This document shows, piece by piece, positions 46,465 through 60,564 of a DNA stretch of 64,000 bases. Position numbers and translations under genes: made by a program. Under the pieces are notes generated by a model. It was given only the letters and a program-made list of their open reading frames with translations, had not been told where the DNA came from and did no database searches. How positions within the stretch are numbered: the first letter of the stretch is position 1; every line of letters begins with the position of its first letter. Source of the stretch: Eremomyces bilateralis CBS 781.70 (taxonomy: Eukaryota); assembly GCA_010015585.1 (NCBI GenBank), contig ML975151.1; one strand, 5' to 3'.

Positions 46465-49400
46465 TTATTTCGTGATCTTGCAGATGAGATCCTGCCCGTC
46501 GACTGAGTCGCCCTCCTTCACGCCGAGGGACGCGACCTTCCCGGAATGGGGTGCGCTGATGACCATTTCCTGCGTGACGTTAGCAAGGCGGCACAAATCA
46601 CATCGAAGGATAGGAAAAGGAAAAGGAAAAGAACTCACCATCTTCATCGCGCTCAGCACCGCGATCGGATCTCCCTTCTTAACCTCCGCGCCATCGTTCA
46701 CCCGAATCTCCACCACTACGCCGCTCATCGGCGCGCCCACCTGGCTCCCATCGGTGGGATCGGCCTTCTGGCGGCGCACATTCTCCACTGCGGCGTGCTG
46801 ATCGTCGATAGTGACGACGCGCACCTCGCCGTTGATCTCGTAGAATACCTCGCGCTGGCCGGTCTGCTCGGACAGGGGGCCGACGGCCAGCAGCTTGAGG
46901 ATGAGCACCTTGCCCTTCTCGAGCTCGACGTGGAACTCCTCGCCGATCTCCGGGCGGGAGAGGAAGTAGCGCGTCGCGAGGACGCTCATATCGCCGTATT
47001 TCTCCGTGAACTTCTTGTAGTCCTCGAACACCTTCGGGTACATGATGTACGACGCGAGGTCCGTCTCGCTGACCTTGCCATATTTCTCCGTGAGCGTCTG
47101 CTTCGTCGCCGCAAAATCGATCGGCTCGAGGTACAGCCCGGGTCGCTTGTCCATCTTGCGACGTTCGCGCAGCGCTTGCGTGCGGAGCGGCTCCGGGAAC
47201 CCGCCGTAGGGCTGACCCATGAGACCCTCGAAGAACTCCAGGACGGAGGACGGGAAGTCGAGTTGCTCGGCCTTGGTGAGCACGTCGTCGTACGAGAGGT
47301 TGTTGGAGACCATGAACTGGGCGAGGTCGCCGACGACCTTGGAGGTGGGCGTGACCTTGACGATGTCGCCGAGGAGGTCGTTCGCCTGCTCGTACGCCTT
47401 CTTGGTCAGCGCCCATTTCTCGCCGAGTCCTTGCTGCGAGGCTTGGAAGATCAGGTTCGTGAGCTGCCCCCCGGGGATTTCGTGCTCGTAGACCTCCGGG
47501 TCGGGACCGGTCAGACCGGCTTCGAAGGGTGAGTACAACAGTCGCAGCTGCGCCCAGTAGTTGTCCAGCTGCACAATCGTGTGATGGTCAAGACCTGGGT
47601 CGCAGGGACCGCCTTCGAGAGACGCGAGGATGGCGCCAACGCTGGGTTGTGAGGTCATCCCGCTCATGCTATCGATGGCAGCATCGACGGCGTCGGCACC
47701 GGCTTCCGCGCAGGCGACCATTGAGGCGACACCCGTCCCGGCACTGTCGTGAGTGTGGACGTGGATCGGGAGATCGGGGTATTTCGCGCGGAGTGCACCG
47801 ATGAGCTTGGTAGCGGCACGGGGCTTCAAGACTCCAGCCATGTCCTTGATTCCGAGGACGTGGGCGCCCATCTTGACGATCTTCTCGGCAAGCTCCATGT
47901 AGTATTCGAAGTTGTACTTCTTCTTGGGGTTCAGCATGTCGCCGGAGTAGCACATGGTGCCTTCGGCGACACCGCCGGCCTTGAGGACAGCCTTCACGCC
48001 GACTTCGAGCTGCTCGACGTCGTTGAGTGCGTCGAAGACACGGAAGATGTCGACGCCGTTCTTCTTAGCCTGCTCGCAGAAGTGCTCGATGGCATTGTCC
48101 GGGAGGCTGCAGATGTCAGTTCATCTATTCTTCAGTAATTCTGAGCTAGGAAGTTCACTTACGAAGAGTACGCCACACCGTTCGCACCACGCAACAGCAT
48201 CTGGAACGGAATATTCGGCACCGCCTTTCTCATCTTCCTCAGCCGGTCCCACGGATCCTCATACAAGAACCGCATGGCCACATCGAACGTCGCGCCACCC
48301 CAGCACTCGAGCGCCCACGCGTTGCTGAACACGTGGCTCGTCTCCGTGGCGATGTTCAGCAGATCTACCGTTCGGACCCTCGTCGCCAACAAGCTCTGAT
48401 GTGCGTCTCGCCACGTGGTATCCATGATCAAACAGCCCTTGTTCGCGCGGACCGCCTTGGCGAACGCTTCCGGGCCCTCCTCCACGATGATGTTCCGCCA
48501 CCCCGTCTTGCACGGCTCCGACACGTCGATCTTCTGGCCGTCGCGTGTCGTGAGGGTCGGGATGTTGATCAAATCCTTCAACTTGGGCTCGCCGATCTGG
48601 CCCTTGATGGAGGAGCCGTTGACGGCGAGGTCGCCGAGGTAGGATAGCAGTTTCTGCGCGCGGTTCTGCGAGCTGATGAGGCTGAACAGGGCGGGGGTGT
48701 CGTCGATGAACGTCGTCCAGCAGGTACCCTCGATGAAGGTCGGGTGGGTCAGCAGTGAGACGAGGAAGGGGATGTTGGTCTTGACGCCGCGGATGCGGAA
48801 CTCGACGAGCGCACGAAGCACCTTGCGTCGGGCGATCTCGTAGGTGGAGCCATGGCAGGTGCACTTGACTAACATGGAGTCGTAATGCGGTGTAATGATC
48901 GAGCCGGCGTAGCCATTGCCACCATCCAGACGGACGCCGTTACCACCGGCGGAGCGGTACACCTCAATCTTACCGGTGTCGGGGGCGAAGTTCTTGGTGG
49001 GATCTTCGGTGGTGATACGACACTGGATGGCGAAGCCCCGGGTGGAGATGCGGTCTTGGGTGAGGCCGAGCTGTTGCAGCGAGGCACCGGCAGCGATTTG
49101 GATCTGAGCGGCGACGATGTCGATACCGGTGATTTCTTCCGTGATGGTGTGCTCGACCTGGATACGTGGGTTGATTTCGATGAAGTAGTAGCGGTTTTGC
49201 TGGTCGACCAAGAACTCCGCGGTACCGGCGTTACGGTAGTTGACGGATTTGGCGAGCCTCACGGCGCTCTCCAAAATTCCGTCACGAGTCTCTTGTGGCA
49301 AGTCCTTCGCCGGGGCGATTTCGACGACTTTTTGGTGACGTCGCTGGACACTGCAGTCACGCTCGTACAGATGGACCACGTTGCCATAGTTGTCTCCGAG

Positions 49401-50394
49401 CAATTGCACCTCGATGTGCTTGGGCTTGTCAAGGAAACGCTCCACGAATACTGTTCCGTTGCCGAAAGAGGCCTTGGCTTCTGATGTGGCTCGCTCAAAG
49501 GAATCCTTCAGGCTTTCCTGTTCACGGACGACACGCATGCCACGGCCACCACCGCCGAAAGCCGCTTTGATGATGATGGGGAAGCCGAACTTGTCGGTGA
49601 ATTCCTTGACGTCTTCGAACCGTTCGACCGGACCATCGGTACCGGGAACGACCGGGACGTCACACTTGAGGGCGGCCGTTCGAGCGGAAACCTTGTCACC
49701 GAGACCTTCGATGACCTCAGGCGTGGGTCCGACGAACTGTGAACATTATAAGCGACCTATCTCTCCAGAAATTACGGATAATTTGAGCGGGAGTAAGGAA
49801 ATCGCAGTCTTACAATCAAGCCCGCCTTCTCCACATTCTTCGCAAACTCGGCATTCTCAGACAAGAAGCCATAGCCTGGATGGATAAGATCGACGCCATG
49901 CTCCTTCGCGATCTTGATGATCTCGTCTCCAGCAAGATATGCGCCGATCGCAGTAAACTGGCCGCGCTTCCCGATCATGTATGCCTCGTCCGCCTTCTGG
50001 CGATGCATGCCCATGCGGTCCTCATAGGAGAAGACGGCGACGGTGTGGAGGGACAGCTCGTGGGCCGTTCGGAAGATACGGATCGGGATTTCACCGCGGT
50101 TAGCGACTGCAGCTCAGTCAATATTACTGACCTCTCCACGAAGCCACAAACGAATCTGCCGATGGCGGGCTATGCTCGGAGACGGTGAAGCTTGCGTCAT
50201 CGCAGCTCCAGGCCAGCGATAAGCGGACGAACCGCCACACACGCCGTCATAGGACAGGAAGAAGGGAGGAACGGCGCAATGGACGTACCTAAGATCTTCT
50301 TCAGATCCATGATGGTGGAATTGGCCCGTATCCGGTGGTGGACAGGTTGGTTGGAGGGATGATGCTCATTGTCATCATCAATGATTGCCGACAT
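46465..50394 (-). CDS. PYC: Pyruvate carboxylase
   Basis: Introns 50107-50288, 49737-49813, 48107-48162 and 46570-46638. Motifs: [67 protein letters not shown] and the biotinylation site AMKM. Confidence 0.98.
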
Positions 50395-53077
50395 GATGGC
50401 GGGTTATGGCAGCGTCGAGTCACCGAGTGTGACAGTCGCTTTCAAGAGCGGAAGCCGCGAGCAAGTTCCGTACCGAGCTCGGTAAGTATCCAAACAGTAT
50501 ATCGAGGGATAGGGATGTGAAGGTATATATATGTAGATATCTGCTCTGAGAAACACTGTTAGACGCATCGAAGAAGAGCTATCGCCAGCAGGCCAAAAGA
50601 ATGGTGATCGACACCGGAGCAGTGATGCAGACCGGAGACAATGGTAAGACAATAGTAACGACAAAGATAAGACGAGATGAGATGATGTAAAGCTATTGAC
50701 GGAATCCCACATACCTATACGAGAACCTGCGAATTGCAACGAATTGCTCCTGCTACGTCCTGACTTTCGAGCTCAATTGAACTCCGAAGCGATTCTTTGA
50801 TTCTGATCGTCTCCGTCACCGGACTCGAAAAATGCAAAGACCAGTTCACACGTGCTTACGCTCTCCGGTTCCACGGTTCGCTAGTGATACTGGCGGGTGG
50901 CGGGGTAGAAATAGATGGAACAGAGGGAAATCGATGGCGGCCAATTGAACCCGACAGATAAATCCAATCCCTTCTTATGCCTTTTCCAAGACTTCCGGTG
51001 ACTGTATAAAAAGGATGGGGAGGAAAATCCCAGAACTGTCACGATGCTGGAAAAGAAAAAAAGTAAATAGCAGTGAGGTGGAGGTGTGCTGCGGGTCAAG
51101 CTGCAGCTGAGCTTGAGAGGCTTTTTTTGGTGGCGGAGACGGAGAAGGGAGGGAGCGGGGAGAAGTTCGTTTTTGGTGGTGGCCTGGTGGGGGATGCTGG
51201 ATCTCCCGGAATTATCAATAAGGATGCTGGGGGGAGGATGCTAGTTAATATTCGGATCTCGATATCAATCTGGGCCGAGAGTTTCCTTGATCCGCTTAAG
51301 CCTTGAATCCAGCTCAGGCACTCTCGCTGGAGTGGATGATTGAGGCGGTGGAACTTCGCGATAGCTTTTTATACAGCAGTCAAATCAATCTTCCGAGCCG
51401 GTTCCAACACGATCTCACAATCCGCAAACTTTCACGACACAGATGGATAGAAGATGTAAAACGACAAGTTCTCAAGTTTCCGGCTTTCTTTCCTATCCTA
51501 CAATGCCGCTCCCGTACGGTAAGTAACCTAAATATTGCCTTGGAATCCCTTCACCTCGCCTCGGATGCAGCCAGCAACCAGCAGCCAGCAACCAGCAGGG
51601 AAGGGCGATACCGGAAACATATCGCATCCCCAGGAATCGAATGCCATCGTCCGCTCCCGTTCTGAAAGGCACACACATTGGCATCCATCTACTCAGGGCA
51701 ATTTTCACGATCTCTCCATTACGAAATCCCCCAGCCGAGTCGGTGCCTCGGGAGTTGTCGGGTCATCGCCATCCGTCTCGCAAACCTCTGTGTGTCCACC
51801 ATCCCCAACAGCCTGGAATTACTCGGCAATAAGAATAAAGTAGAGGTACTTACGTACCCTGATGGGCACGGATAGTGGATCAGACGCACGCACATGCTGA
51901 ATTCATGATTAACATTGAAGATGCTCAGGAAGCTCGCTTGCTTCGGTTGCTCGGGCTATGAGTCTATGACGAGATGGATGTATCAAATGCTGTAATGACG
52001 TAGTCCTTTTTTTGCACGACAACTGAATTAACAAGAGCCTGAAACCGGCACCATAAGGTAGATTCTCGCAAAAAGTACTCCGACATCCGAGAGCCAGACA
52101 GCCATCCATTCCTCCGCCTCAAGATCTCACCTCCTACCCCCCGCAAGCCGTAGATCTCCCTCCCCCTCCCGAGTCCCGCATCTCACGCATCCCGACATGG
52201 ATATACCCCTCCCCTGCCCCCGTTCCGTTCCTGCATGTTGCATTTTCGTGATCCCGGGGCCAGATGAGTCTGCGATTCCTTAATGACCCGAACGGCCGCA
52301 GGTGGTGAAGCCGCGCGCCGGGATATCGACGCCTGAGATGCGGGCGGCAACGCTTAATGTCGGGTTGTGGATATTACTCTCGTCGACGGGGAAACGGAGG
52401 GATGGCTGATTGTGGCTGCGGGACGGTTGGCTTAGATGCACGCTGGGGGGATGGAAGGTGGTCTGGAGCGTGGACGTTGCCTTGATCACAGAAAATCGTC
52501 CTGTATTACATCGTGAGATTCAATCCCGATATACTTACCCGTTTACGATCCCCGCTTCATGCGCCAGATGGACGACTTGGTGAGCATGGTTGGCAACGAC
52601 GATGCATGGCTGAGGGTTCGGATCCTACCGATAGCCATTAATCTCATCAAACGAAGCGCACCGTGATCCAGGGAAAGACATTCAGACAACCGACTCTTCA
52701 CTTCTCGTGCTAAGGCAAACTAGGTAATTTACACATCCTCCGAACCGCGGGCCTTGAACTCGAGATTTTTCCCATAACGCGAACAAACAACGGTAGAAAG
52801 TGGAACAAACAAACAGAAAAGTCAAATCGAGAAGATTACCGCGATCCCCGGTGTTGGGTATTCAGCCTGGAAAACTGAAAACGAAAAGTGGGCGCGGATG
52901 CGGGGGTTTGCAAATCGCAATCGCAATCGCGTCGCTTTCACCTCTATCCATCCATCCATCCATCCTCTTTGGATGGGGTCTTTCGTCGTCGTTACGTGAT
53001 TGGGTTCCCAATGTGCCGAAATGCACCACCGCACCTCCACTCGTATGATCCATCTTACTCCCTCCAAGCTCTCCATT

Positions 53078-56000
53078 TTAGAATCCCCTCAGGCCCGTCG
53101 CCTGCGGCATGACGCCGTTCGGCTGGACGAACCCGCCGCTCATCGGCGCGGGGCTGGACGCCTGCTGCGGGACGGATCCCTGGGTCAGGAGCAGCCGACT
53201 GCCGCCTAGGATCGGGGTTTCGTCCTCGTCTTGCTTCTGCGTAGCCTCGCGGGCTTTGCGCTCTTCGTTGTCTTTTTGGAGGAGGGAGATGGTGGCGGTT
53301 TGTTGGGCGAGCATGTTGATCATGAAGGGCTAGGTGGGGGGTTAGTAGGTGTGCGTGGAGAAGAGGGAAGGGGGGAGAACTTACCATAGTGTAGTCGTGG
53401 AGACCGCTCCTCCAGGAGATCTCGAGGATCACATCCGGTCGGATGAGCTCGTAGCACGCGTACAGCATACCAACATAGCACTCGCGGCTGCCAATATCGA
53501 CAAAGTACCTCAACAGCTCTTCCACCACCGGCGGCTTCCCGGACATGGCGGCCGTCTCGATCGCGTCCTTGAACAGCTTGTCCTGCTTCGACAGCGCGAT
53601 GCTCTTGTCCCACCGCCTGTTCTTGCGCCAGATGGTCGCCGCGATCTGTCGGAAGAAGACGAGGTCGTGCTTCTCGAGCCGCTGCGCCAGCTCCGTCGAG
53701 TCATAGTTGTCGAAGTTCTCGACCGAGTCGCGCAGCGTCTTGTAGTCCTCCTCCTCGATCAGCAGGTCGTGGATCGCGTGGTTGACCGCCTTCTTGTTCT
53801 GCGACTGCACGCTCATCAGGAACGGCTTGATGAGCGGAATGTTGTCGGATTTCTCGAACATGCGGACGACGCGGTTGACGTCAATGCGCGGCGTCAGGAC
53901 TTGGAGGAGGTCTGTGAGGAGCGGCGGTTGTTGCTCGAGGTAGAAGTTGACGGCGCGGTAGTAGATTTCCAAGTTCGCTACCTTGACGATGGTGTCTTTG
54001 AAGGAATGATGTTCCCACGCGTCGGACGCTCGCTCCATCATGGCTAGTGCAGCATTGTCCCACTCGTCATAGTGGCAGTACAGGAATACCAGTTCCGGCC
54101 AGAGGTGGGCGTCTTCGCACGCCTTCAGCATCTTGGGGATGTTGATACGAGACCAGAAGAGACGCAGGTGCTCCATGACACGATCGGGGTGATATTTCGA
54201 GAGCGCAATGCCCAACTCGGTGAACATGCCCATGTGGGCACGTTCCAAGCTGAGTCCGTTGCTGAGCAGGTCAATGAGCTGATCGAAGTAGCCGCCGCGC
54301 TCATATTGGCGAACAATGTGCTGGAGCTCGTCGGCATGGACAATCAGGTTGAGACCGCAGATCTGAGCGAGACGGAACTCCCCCTTCTCAATACACGCGT
54401 CGTTGACCTCCTTCCACACCTTGGTGCTATTGGCCTTGCGGGCCGACTCGACCGCAGCCTGGTAGTCGTTGAGGTGGACATGAGTCGTGGCAAGCTTCGC
54501 CCAGTTCGAGATGGACGAGTAGAAGATCTTGGCGGCCTCGAAGTATCCCTCCTCATAAGCCTTGTCACCTGACGCTTCCACGTCCGCGACGTTCGTTGAG
54601 CGAAGGAAGTCCTCGAGTTCCGGAAGCTGGTCGAGGCGAGCGTAGCAGAAAGCTAGGCCAGTGTCGATCGGAGGTTCGCGGAGGGTCTTTCGAGCCATCC
54701 GCAAATATTTCACGAGGTCTTCGTCCTTGCCGGCGCGGGTTGCAACCTCAATGACCTCGTTGTAATTAGAAGGATCGCCGGCGCGGATGTATGACTCGAT
54801 CGAATCGGTGACCCGAACGCCATCCAACTGAGCCTTCGCAACCAAGCTCCACACTTCGGGAGTATCAACACGATCGGCATATTCCTGAGCACGATCGATG
54901 CTGACGACATGTTCGACGAGAACATTGGTGGCCGCCGTGTAGTTGTTATTCTTGTTGTAGATCTCGAATGCTTCCTCGTACATTCCTTGTCCGATACACT
55001 CCTGTGCAATTGCATCTGGTTCGTAGGCATTGAGGTCCCGGACATAGCCCATGACTCGCGCCTTGTCTGCTTTGCAGGCAGTGATGATGAGCAAGTTCTG
55101 CAGCACCTTGTCCTCGTTGAACGGCGATGGCTCAAGGACGATCTTCTCCAGGAGCTCGATCAAATCGGACGGCATGTCGTTCATCATGAAAGACTTGACC
55201 GCGACCGAGACCTTGGTCGGGTCGGTTGATTCGGGAACCGCGGTGGAGATGACCTGGTCAACCAAAGACCTTCGGTGCATATTGTTGGCGCTCAGCACGA
55301 AACCCCAGACTTCGGCATCACCGCGGTCGAGGAGGTATCGGGCTTGTGCCTTGAACATGGAGTTCTCATTGGTGATGCTGATCAACTCCAGGTCATTCTG
55401 GCCCTTCTGGTACGCAATGTACGCGAGGTTGGGATCGCGCTTCTCACAGTACTTGCCGACAACAACCGTGTCGTACATGTCATTCTCTTTCAGGAACTTC
55501 TCAGGGTTGCTGTTGCTGTCGATGTAGATCTTGGCGAGAGCGTTGTAAACGGCTTGCTGTTGGTTGCCAGCCTCGAGGGTTTGCTCGAGGAAGGGAAGCA
55601 ACAGCTTGAGTCGGTTTCGCGTTTCGACTTCAGCCACAAGCTCATCGATCGGGACAGACGAGGGATTGACGGACGCAAGCAATCCCGTGATAACACCTTC
55701 ATCACAGTCAACGTCCAGGAGACCCCCAATTACGGCCGGAGTACGCCCAGGGTTGATGCGCTGGACATACGCCTCGATCGACTTGAAATGCTGGTTCTTG
55801 TAGAGATATAGCACCAGGTCGTGAACGAAGTTGAATCGGTCGCAAACGATCATCAGCGGGAGTTGGTTGGTGAGATTCGCCTCTTTGAGGAAGTTCTTGA
55901 CCTTCTCCGGATCGTAGAAGTTGCTTTCCCTGCAGACACGCTCCACTTCATTAAACTGCTGCATTCTCGTCGCGGCCTCGATGTACTTGAAATTGACGTC

Positions 56001-58408
56001 CTTGTCTTCGCTCACATTGACGATGCCACCAAGGTAGTAGTAAAGACCCTCCGCCGTTCGATATTTCTCGAACAGGTCAATGATCCGTGTGGGTCCAAGG
56101 AGATCCGAGTACTTTTGTGCGATGCGGATGACCGACTGGAGATTCTGGCGAATGTTCACGCGAAGCATCTCGTTCAGGCAATCGAATGAGAGATCGACTG
56201 TCAAATGGCCAAAGTAGTTGATCAGCCACTCCTCGGGAAGCTTGTCGGTATGGACAATGATTCGCTTGATGACGGCGTGGTCCTCGGTGTGCTCAAGAGC
56301 GCGAGTGTAAAGCCCGGCACCTTCGCACAATTGCGCGATACGTGCCTTGTCATAGTGGGAGAACATTTCGTTTCCAAGGATCGCATCAGCAACTTGAGGA
56401 GCATTTAGCAGGTTCATTTCCAAGAGCTTGGTCTGTAGATGAGCGTGCTCGGGAAGATTGGGCGCCAGAACGTCCAGAAGGAAAGCTGTCGCGCCCTGGA
56501 GGTTTCCTTGGGATTGGAAGATATCCACGACTCGGTCGAGATCGACCAAGGGTCCCTCGGGCTGCTTCGCCAGGCTGATCGCAAATTCGGTGGATTGGTT
56601 GGGGTTCACTCGGACAATATGCTGCAGGAGCACCGTGTAATCGGGTCGATAGCCAGCCTTTTGCGCATAGGGCACAATCTCGTCGAATCGTCCCAGTTCA
56701 GCGTAAGACGCCACGACCTTCTGGGCAGCATTGGCTCGCTCATAGATCTGAAGCGCAAGTCCGAGATCATGAGGTCGAACGATGTCACCCAGTTCCTCTG
56801 AGCAGTCCAGCTTGCCTTCTTGAAGCCACTTCTCCAGCAAATGCTTCCGATTCTGGGAGAGAACCGGCCGCACCAGCTCAATGGTTTCATACTGATTCAA
56901 CCCACCTTTGTCTAACAGGATTCCGAAATATTGGAGGATGACGGAGAGCTGTCCAGATTGCGCAGGGACTTGTTTGAGGCGGTCGATGGTCGCAGGGGTT
57001 CGCAGGAAACCACGTGGAGAGTTCGCGGCGGTTTTGGCGGCATCGGCGAATTGATTGGCATTCAACAATTGCTCGAATCGTTGTTGGTAGAGGTTGTCCG
57101 CACCCGGTAACCCACCCCTCGAGGCCAGTTTGTAGGCCAACTCGGCGTTTGCGGGGTTCTGAAGAAGGTAGGGAACGACGGCTTCCTCGTCCACGCTGAC
57201 TGAGAGGACTTGGCCTTTCCGGTTGACACCGACGATACCTGACGACTCAGAATCGGGAGATGTGACGAAGATCGTCTCGCTCGAAATGCGGTTCATGAAA
57301 ATGCAAGTCCCGGTTTCGAGATCATACAGGTGAATGAAGCCGTACTTGGTGACGAGGTAGATGATGCCGTACTTCTTGGATACCTGCATCGCCACTGGGA
57401 AGTCGTTGGTGGCTTCGGGAGGGAAGTAGACGTCGACATTCTTCTTCTGGAATTGGGGGTTTCCGGCTTGATGATCGATCTCAACCACGTGCAGTTTGGC
57501 CCCGGTAGCGGTGCGAACGGCGAATGTGAACAGCTTGGAGTCTGCTGGTGCTCCCTCCAATCGGACGGTGCCGAAGGCGGCAGCGTGCCCTTCGATCGAC
57601 TGGCTGATGCCACGAGCTTTTGAGTACAGTTGCATCGCACCGACGACACGGCCTTGTTGTTGTGAAATGCCTACAACCACGGACCACTGGGCATCGTCGC
57701 TCACTCGGTAGTTGATGATTTGACAGCCCTAGACATCACATTAGTCGAGACCGAAGCAACCATGGCCGGTAACATACCGATAGGTTGGCATTTCGCTCAA
57801 ACACCTTGCCTGGTGAAGCGGTAGTGGGATCGAAGACGTCCCAATGATAAACGGCCGTGTCGGTGACAAGACCAAGGGTGCGATCATCGAACCATTTCCA
57901 GAACTGGACATCTTCGTTCATCGTCGCAGCACCCATCTTGCTCTTCTGCTCGAGATTGAAGATTTGTAGGGTCCGACCTTGTGCCTTCAGTGCTATGATT
58001 TGTTTGTTGAAGTGCATGATAGCACTGTCGGCCTTGATCGGGCGTCGAATAACATTGTTGTTATTCTTGAGGTCGATGATGATGACTTCCGGCGACGCAT
58101 TATCGTCCACCTTTTGCCGGATACAGATGTAGTGGTCGGATTCTAAGGTCTGAAGCGCCCAACGTTAAGTTCACTCCCAATAATGCCATCGGGATAGACT
58201 TACACAAGTGTTGAACCCGATCGATTGAGGCTACAGTTCTGTGAGCACTCCCTTCACCGGACGCTACGGACCACATGGAACTGGCGCGCTACTCACAAGG
58301 ACATCAATCTGCGTTAACTACACAATGTCAGTAAGGATCCACATCAGCATCGGGGAGAAATTCGCGTACCTGGAGAAGCTCCGTGAACTTTATGGGTAAC
58401 GGGGCCAT
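53078..58408 (-). CDS. CHC1: Clathrin heavy chain
   Basis: MAPLPIKFTELLQ; introns 58318-58369, 58231-58296, 58150-58203, 57729-57777 and 53330-53384. Motifs: TLESDHYIC, RRPIKADSAIM, NDFPVAMQVS, CEKRDP, LERAHMGMFTEL and the terminal PQATG.RGF. Confidence 0.98.
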
Positions 58409-58731
58409 GGTGCTCAACGGTCAATGAGGATGGCGCACCTCATCAACGGGAGAAGGCGATTAAAGCAACCGGAGAGAAAATGGAAATCAAGGGACGTGCA
58501 AATGAAGAAGGAGAAACGGAAATAGTTGAATTTAAGGGTGGGAGAGTTGTGTGGGTGATGATAGAAGTTGAAGGGTTGAAGTAATGGGAGATCTTACAGA
58601 AGCTCAGGAGTTGGTTCGTTTGGTAGTTGGAGGCTTGGACCGCTGAACACGACGTGGAACTTTCACGAGTTGCGAGGTTGGCCCCTGTGGCTGCACGGAG
58701 CAATTGCCAACACAAAGCATGTGGTCATCGA

Positions 58732-58760
58732 ATCACGTGGGGGTCGAGTCGAGTCACGTG
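58732..58760. promoter_or_regulatory. Tandem RTCACGTG E-boxes in the CHC1/eIF3j divergent promoter
   Basis: ATCACGTG at 58732-58739 and GTCACGTG at 58753-58760, near the midpoint between the two start codons. Confidence 0.45.
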
Positions 58761-59114
58761 TCTGAGGCTCAATGCAGCCTCAGGCAGTAGGGCACCAATT
58801 ATCAAAGGAGGAAATATTAGTTCCATGTTTTATCGGGCAGGAACGATGGGTGAAAGCGGACTTTCGTTTTTCGGGTGCCCAACAGGAACCCGCACTTTCC
58901 CAGCCTTAATCTCCTCCATCGCGCCTTCCCTCCCACCATCGTCTCAAATCTCATCAAATTCCCCTTCTGCGTCACGCAATAAACATCCCACCACCACACC
59001 CCATATACATCCTTCCAGTCGCCTCCAGACTGATCGCGTAAGAATCCTGACTTTCATCGTTCAACTCAGAACATTCCCGCATCAAAGGCCATTTCACGAC
59101 CAAGAACCATCAAC

Positions 59115-60122
59115 ATGCCACCATCAAAGTGGGGTGCGTCATACCCAACGCCAACTTCCCTTCCCCTCATGGCAGCGTGTCAAATCGCTGCAGATCCCCC
59201 ATCCCTCAATACTGACCGGCTTTCTAGACGACGAAGATGAGGAAAGCACTCCTCCCACCTCTCCTCCCCCGATCGCCCGCCGCAGCAAATTCGACGATGA
59301 GGAAGAAGACTCCGACGTGAGCACCCCACCCTTTGTTCGGCCCGATGTCGCAACTGACACGTCAGATAGGTGCTAGAGTCATGGAGCGCCGCAGAGGACT
59401 CCGAGGTGGAGCGAGAGAAGGAAAAGAAAGCCGCCGAACTCAAAGCGAAAGCCGACGCCGAAGCCAAGGCGAAGCACAAGTCCAAGACCCAGCGGATCGA
59501 GGAGCGACAGAGGGAAAAGCAGCGACAACGCGAACTCGAAGAGGAGACCTCAGATTCGGATGAAGATGAGCTGGACCGGAGAGCACGGCTGAAGCAGGCG
59601 CAGATAGATGCCGATCTGCGCAATGCACAGGACCTCTTCGCCGACGTCGCAGTTTCAAGTAACCGGGGTGGGAAACACATCACGGTACCAGACGCCAGCA
59701 ACCCAACGAACAGCATCGATCTCTCCTCCATGCCTCTCTTCAACCCACACACCAAGGACCAGTTCGCCAAGATGCGCGAAGCGCTGGTTCCCCTCGTCTC
59801 CGCGAACTCGAAGAAGCCTCAATACCCGCTGTTCATGCCGGAGTTTGTGAAGGGGATCTGTAAAGACATGTCGAGCGATCAAATCAAGAAGGCGGCGAGC
59901 GCGCTATCTACCCTGTCGAACGAGAAGTTGAAGCAAGAGAAGGCGGCCGACAAGGGTGGGAAGAAGACAAAAGTCAAGGCAAAGGCCACCTTGTCTGCTG
60001 GCAGAGATATCTCGACCAGGGCAGATACCACGCTCTACGATGACGATGGTCTTGATGAGTAAGTTTCGAACATCATTGACAGGTGTACTGTCGCTAACCT
60101 AGGCAGCGGCGATTTCATGTGA
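59115..60122 (+). CDS. HCR1: Translation initiation factor eIF3 subunit J
   Basis: MPPSKW|DDEDEE...RRSKFDDEEEDSD|VLESW; introns 59134-59227, 59317-59369 and 60059-60106. Also DADLRNAQDLF, LSNEKLKQEKAADKGGKK and the terminal DFM*. Confidence 0.93.
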
Positions 60123-60564
60123 GAGGTGAGCGGGGGTCAAAACAAAAGAGGGATATCACGTTTGATATGCGACGGCATCGCATGCTTCAAGCAACCAGTG
60201 CAATAGACGGAGTATGGAATTCGCACGGCTTGAAAGGAAGCATGATAGCCAGACGATTGATATTGCTTTTCCTTCATGTAGTATTAGTCTATGCTTGATA
60301 GCGCACGTTCGGCGACACTGCTAAAATGCATTGCTTCGAAATTTATGAAACCAACCGTCCGACCCAAAGTACCCTGCTGAAATTGTATGCCAGAAACGTG
60401 TATTTACATTGACATATTGGTTCCCATAAAGCCCAATCAGATATGAAAATGACCTGGTCCTAACAGGGGTCCCGCAAGCTTCAACCTCAACTCCAAGCTG
60501 GCAACTTTCCCTCACAAAACAATTCCCAACTCACAACGACTATGGCCTAGACCTACCAACAATC

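Noticed and set aside
50107..50288. Long PYC intron 1 as a box C/D snoRNA host
   Set aside because: Only a degenerate C box, the CTGA lies in the branch/acceptor region, and no terminal stem or rRNA guide was recognisable.
58627..59376. 249-codon ORF across the CHC1/eIF3j promoter
   Set aside because: It has a non-ATG start and merely reads through the promoter and intron into eIF3j exon 2.
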